Source: the human T2T-CHM13v2.0 reference genome, Homo sapiens. Taken from it: a DNA stretch of 64,000 nucleotides. The translations under genes were made by a program, and so were the position numbers. How positions within the stretch are numbered: position 1 is the stretch's first letter; every line of letters begins with the position of its first letter. Below are positions 62,000-64,000 of this stretch, one piece after another. The stretch lies in contig CP068257.2 in NCBI GenBank assembly GCA_009914755.4, forward strand, positions 1,760,001 through 1,824,000, in the 5' to 3' direction. The notes below the pieces were generated by a model. It was given only the letters and a program-made list of their open reading frames with translations, made no database searches and was not told the origin of the DNA.

Positions 62000-64000
62000 C
62001 ATAAAATATGAAAGTACATCAAATATATATTTTATTCTGTACATAAAATAACAAAGTACACCAGATATATATTTTATAGTGTACATAAAATATGAAATTA
62101 CCCAAACTATACATTACATACTGTACATAAAATATGGAATTACATCAGATATATATTATATTAGGTACGTAAAATATGAAAGTACATCAAATATAGATTA
62201 TATACCATACATAAAATATAAAGGAATCCCAAATATATATGATATACTGTTCATGAAATATCAAAGTTCACAAACTATATATTATATACTGTAGATAAAA
62301 TATCAAAGTACCCAAGGTATATATTCTATACTGTAAAAAAAAATCAAAGTACCCAAAGCATGTATTATATACTGTACATAAAATATGGAATTACATCAAA
62401 TATATATTATATTAGGTACGTAAAATATGATAGTACAACAAATATAGATTATATACCATACATAAAATATAAAGGAACCCCAAATATATATGATATACTG
62501 TACATGAAATATCAAAGTTCACAAACTATATATTATATACTGTAGATAAAATATCAAAGTACCCAAGGTATATATTCTATACTGTAAAAAAAATATCAAA
62601 GTACCCAAAGCATGTATTATATACTGTACATAAAATATGAAAGCACATCAAATATGTATTATATTAGGTACATAAAATATGAAAGTACATAAAATATAGA
62701 TGATATACTGTACATAAAATATCAAAGTAGCCCAAATATATATTATACAGTGTACATGAAATATCAAAATTTACGAAATATATATTATATAATGTACATA
62801 AAATATCAAAGTACCCAAAGCAAGTATTATATACGGTACATAAAAGATGAAATTACATCAAATATATATTTTATTCTGTACATAAAATATCAAAGTACAC
62901 CAGATATATATTTTATAGTGTACATAAAATATCAAGGTGCCCAAACTATGGATTATATACTGTACATAAAATATGAAATTACATCAAATATATATTATAT
63001 TAGGTACGTAAAATATGAAAGTACGTCAAATATAGATTATATACTGTACATAATATATAAAAGAACCCCAACTATATATTATATACTGTACATGAAATAT
63101 CAAAATACACAAACTATATATTATATACTGTACATAAAATATCAAAGCACCCAAGGTATATATTCTATACTGTACAAAAAATATCAAAGTACCCAAAGCA
63201 TGTATTATATACTGTACATAAAATATGAAAGTACATCAAATATATATTTTATTCTGTATATAAAATAACAAAGTACACCAGATATATATTTTATAGTGTA
63301 CATAAAATATCAAAGTACCCAAACTATACATTACATACTGTACATAAAATATGGAATTACATCAAATATATATTATATTAGGTACGTAAAATATGAAAGT
63401 ACATCAAATATAGATTATATACCGTACATAAAATATAAAGGAACCCCAAATATATAGGATATACTGTACATGAAATATCAAAGTTCACAAACTATATATT
63501 ATATACTGTAGATAAAATATCAAAGTACCCAAGGTATATATTCTATACTGTATAAAAAATATCAAAGTACCCAAAGCATGTATTATATACTGTACATAAA
63601 AGATGAAAGTACATCAAATATATATTTTATTCTGTACATAAAATAACAAAGTACACCAGATATATATTTTATAGTGTACATAAAATATGAAATTACCCAA
63701 ACTATACATTACATACTGTACATAAAATATGGAATTACATCAAATATATATTATATTAGGTACGTAAAATATGAAAGTACATCAAATATAGATTATATAC
63801 CATACATAAAATATAAAGGAACCCCAAATATATATGATATACTGTACATGAAATATCAAAGTACCCAAGGTATATATTCTATAATGTAAAAAAAATATCA
63901 AAGCACCCAAAGCATGTATTATATACTGTACATAAAATATGAAAGTACATCAAATATATATTTTATTCTGTACATAAAATATCAAAGTACACCAGATATA
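62000..64000. repeat. Second block of the divergent subfamily seen at 3250-7200
   Basis: The same diagnostic variants occur: AAATATGGAATTACATC, ATATAAAGGAA(C/T)CCCAAATATATATGATATAC, GTACGTAAAATATGA, AAAGATGAAATTACATC (62837), AAAGATGAAAGTACATC (63600), TTTACGAAATATATATTATATAATGTAC, GTAGCCCAAATATATATTATACAGTGTAC (62735). Confidence 0.7.

Larger units (their letters stand above)
1..64000. repeat. Uninterrupted tandem satellite DNA array: ~41-42 bp AT-rich monomer arranged in 373-bp 9-monomer higher-order repeats (about 170 HOR copies, about 1540 monomers)
   Basis: Every line of the window shows variants of one monomer. Each starts with a conserved box TGTACATAAAATAT[C/G]AAAGTAC, followed by a roughly 20-bp variable half that ends in TATAC. 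The landmark motif ATGAAATTACATCAAATATATATTAGG recurs at 373-bp spacing (35->408, 1157->1530->..., 12454->12827->13200, 24838->25211, 39859->40232). No stretch of non-satellite sequence was seen anywhere in the window. Confidence 0.97.

Noticed and set aside
1-64000. CRISPR array, given the regular short direct repeats
   Set aside because: The repeats are contiguous, with no unique spacers between them. The 42-bp units are themselves organised in HORs. The composition is eukaryote-like satellite. There are no cas-like ORFs or leader sequence.
1-64000. Possible transposable-element insertion or other non-satellite interruption, or a TIR/MITE reading of the TGTACA palindromes at monomer boundaries
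   Set aside because: I scanned the full length and found no segment that departs from the monomer pattern. TGTACA is simply the monomer junction, recurring every ~42 bp, and it does not form a pair of terminal inverted repeats flanking unique sequence.
1-64000. Assigning the satellite to a named family or species, or calling it centromeric
   Set aside because: I do not recognise the monomer from memory, and no database search is possible here. Centromeric location is only a plausible inference from the array size and HOR structure, so I have not asserted it as a feature.

Overview
The whole 64-kb window is one uninterrupted, AT-rich tandem satellite array. I found no credible protein-coding genes, RNA genes, CRISPR array, or mobile elements. 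The monomer is about 41-42 bp with roughly 24% GC (10 G+C of 42 bases in the consensus, approximately TGTACATAAAATATCAAAGTACCCAAACTATACATTATATAC). Nine monomers form a 373-bp higher-order repeat (HOR), and about 170 HOR copies fill the window. Several larger periodicities and very recent segmental duplications sit on top of this. Recurrent offsets of about 749 bp (two HORs) and about 4.5 kb (4503-4510 bp) are visible. A 7321-bp segment is present twice in tandem, with only two visible mismatches between the copies. The window start (1-3250) matches 38703-43150. A more divergent satellite subfamily occupies 3.25-7.2 kb and 62-64 kb, and it includes an 8-monomer 336-bp HOR that lacks one monomer type. 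Divergence is also higher at 56.5-60 kb. Every ORF in the supplied track comes from the 42-bp (14-codon) monomer being free of stop codons in two + strand frames. The predicted products are Tyr/Ile/Lys-rich low-complexity strings that repeat with the monomer period, and I do not accept them as genes. Composition and organisation fit eukaryotic heterochromatic or (peri)centromeric satellite DNA. I do not recognise the satellite family or the species. Everything interesting here concerns repeat architecture and turnover, and I found no novel gene system. All coordinates of duplication boundaries are approximate (plus or minus about 50-400 bp), because the flanks are themselves repetitive.
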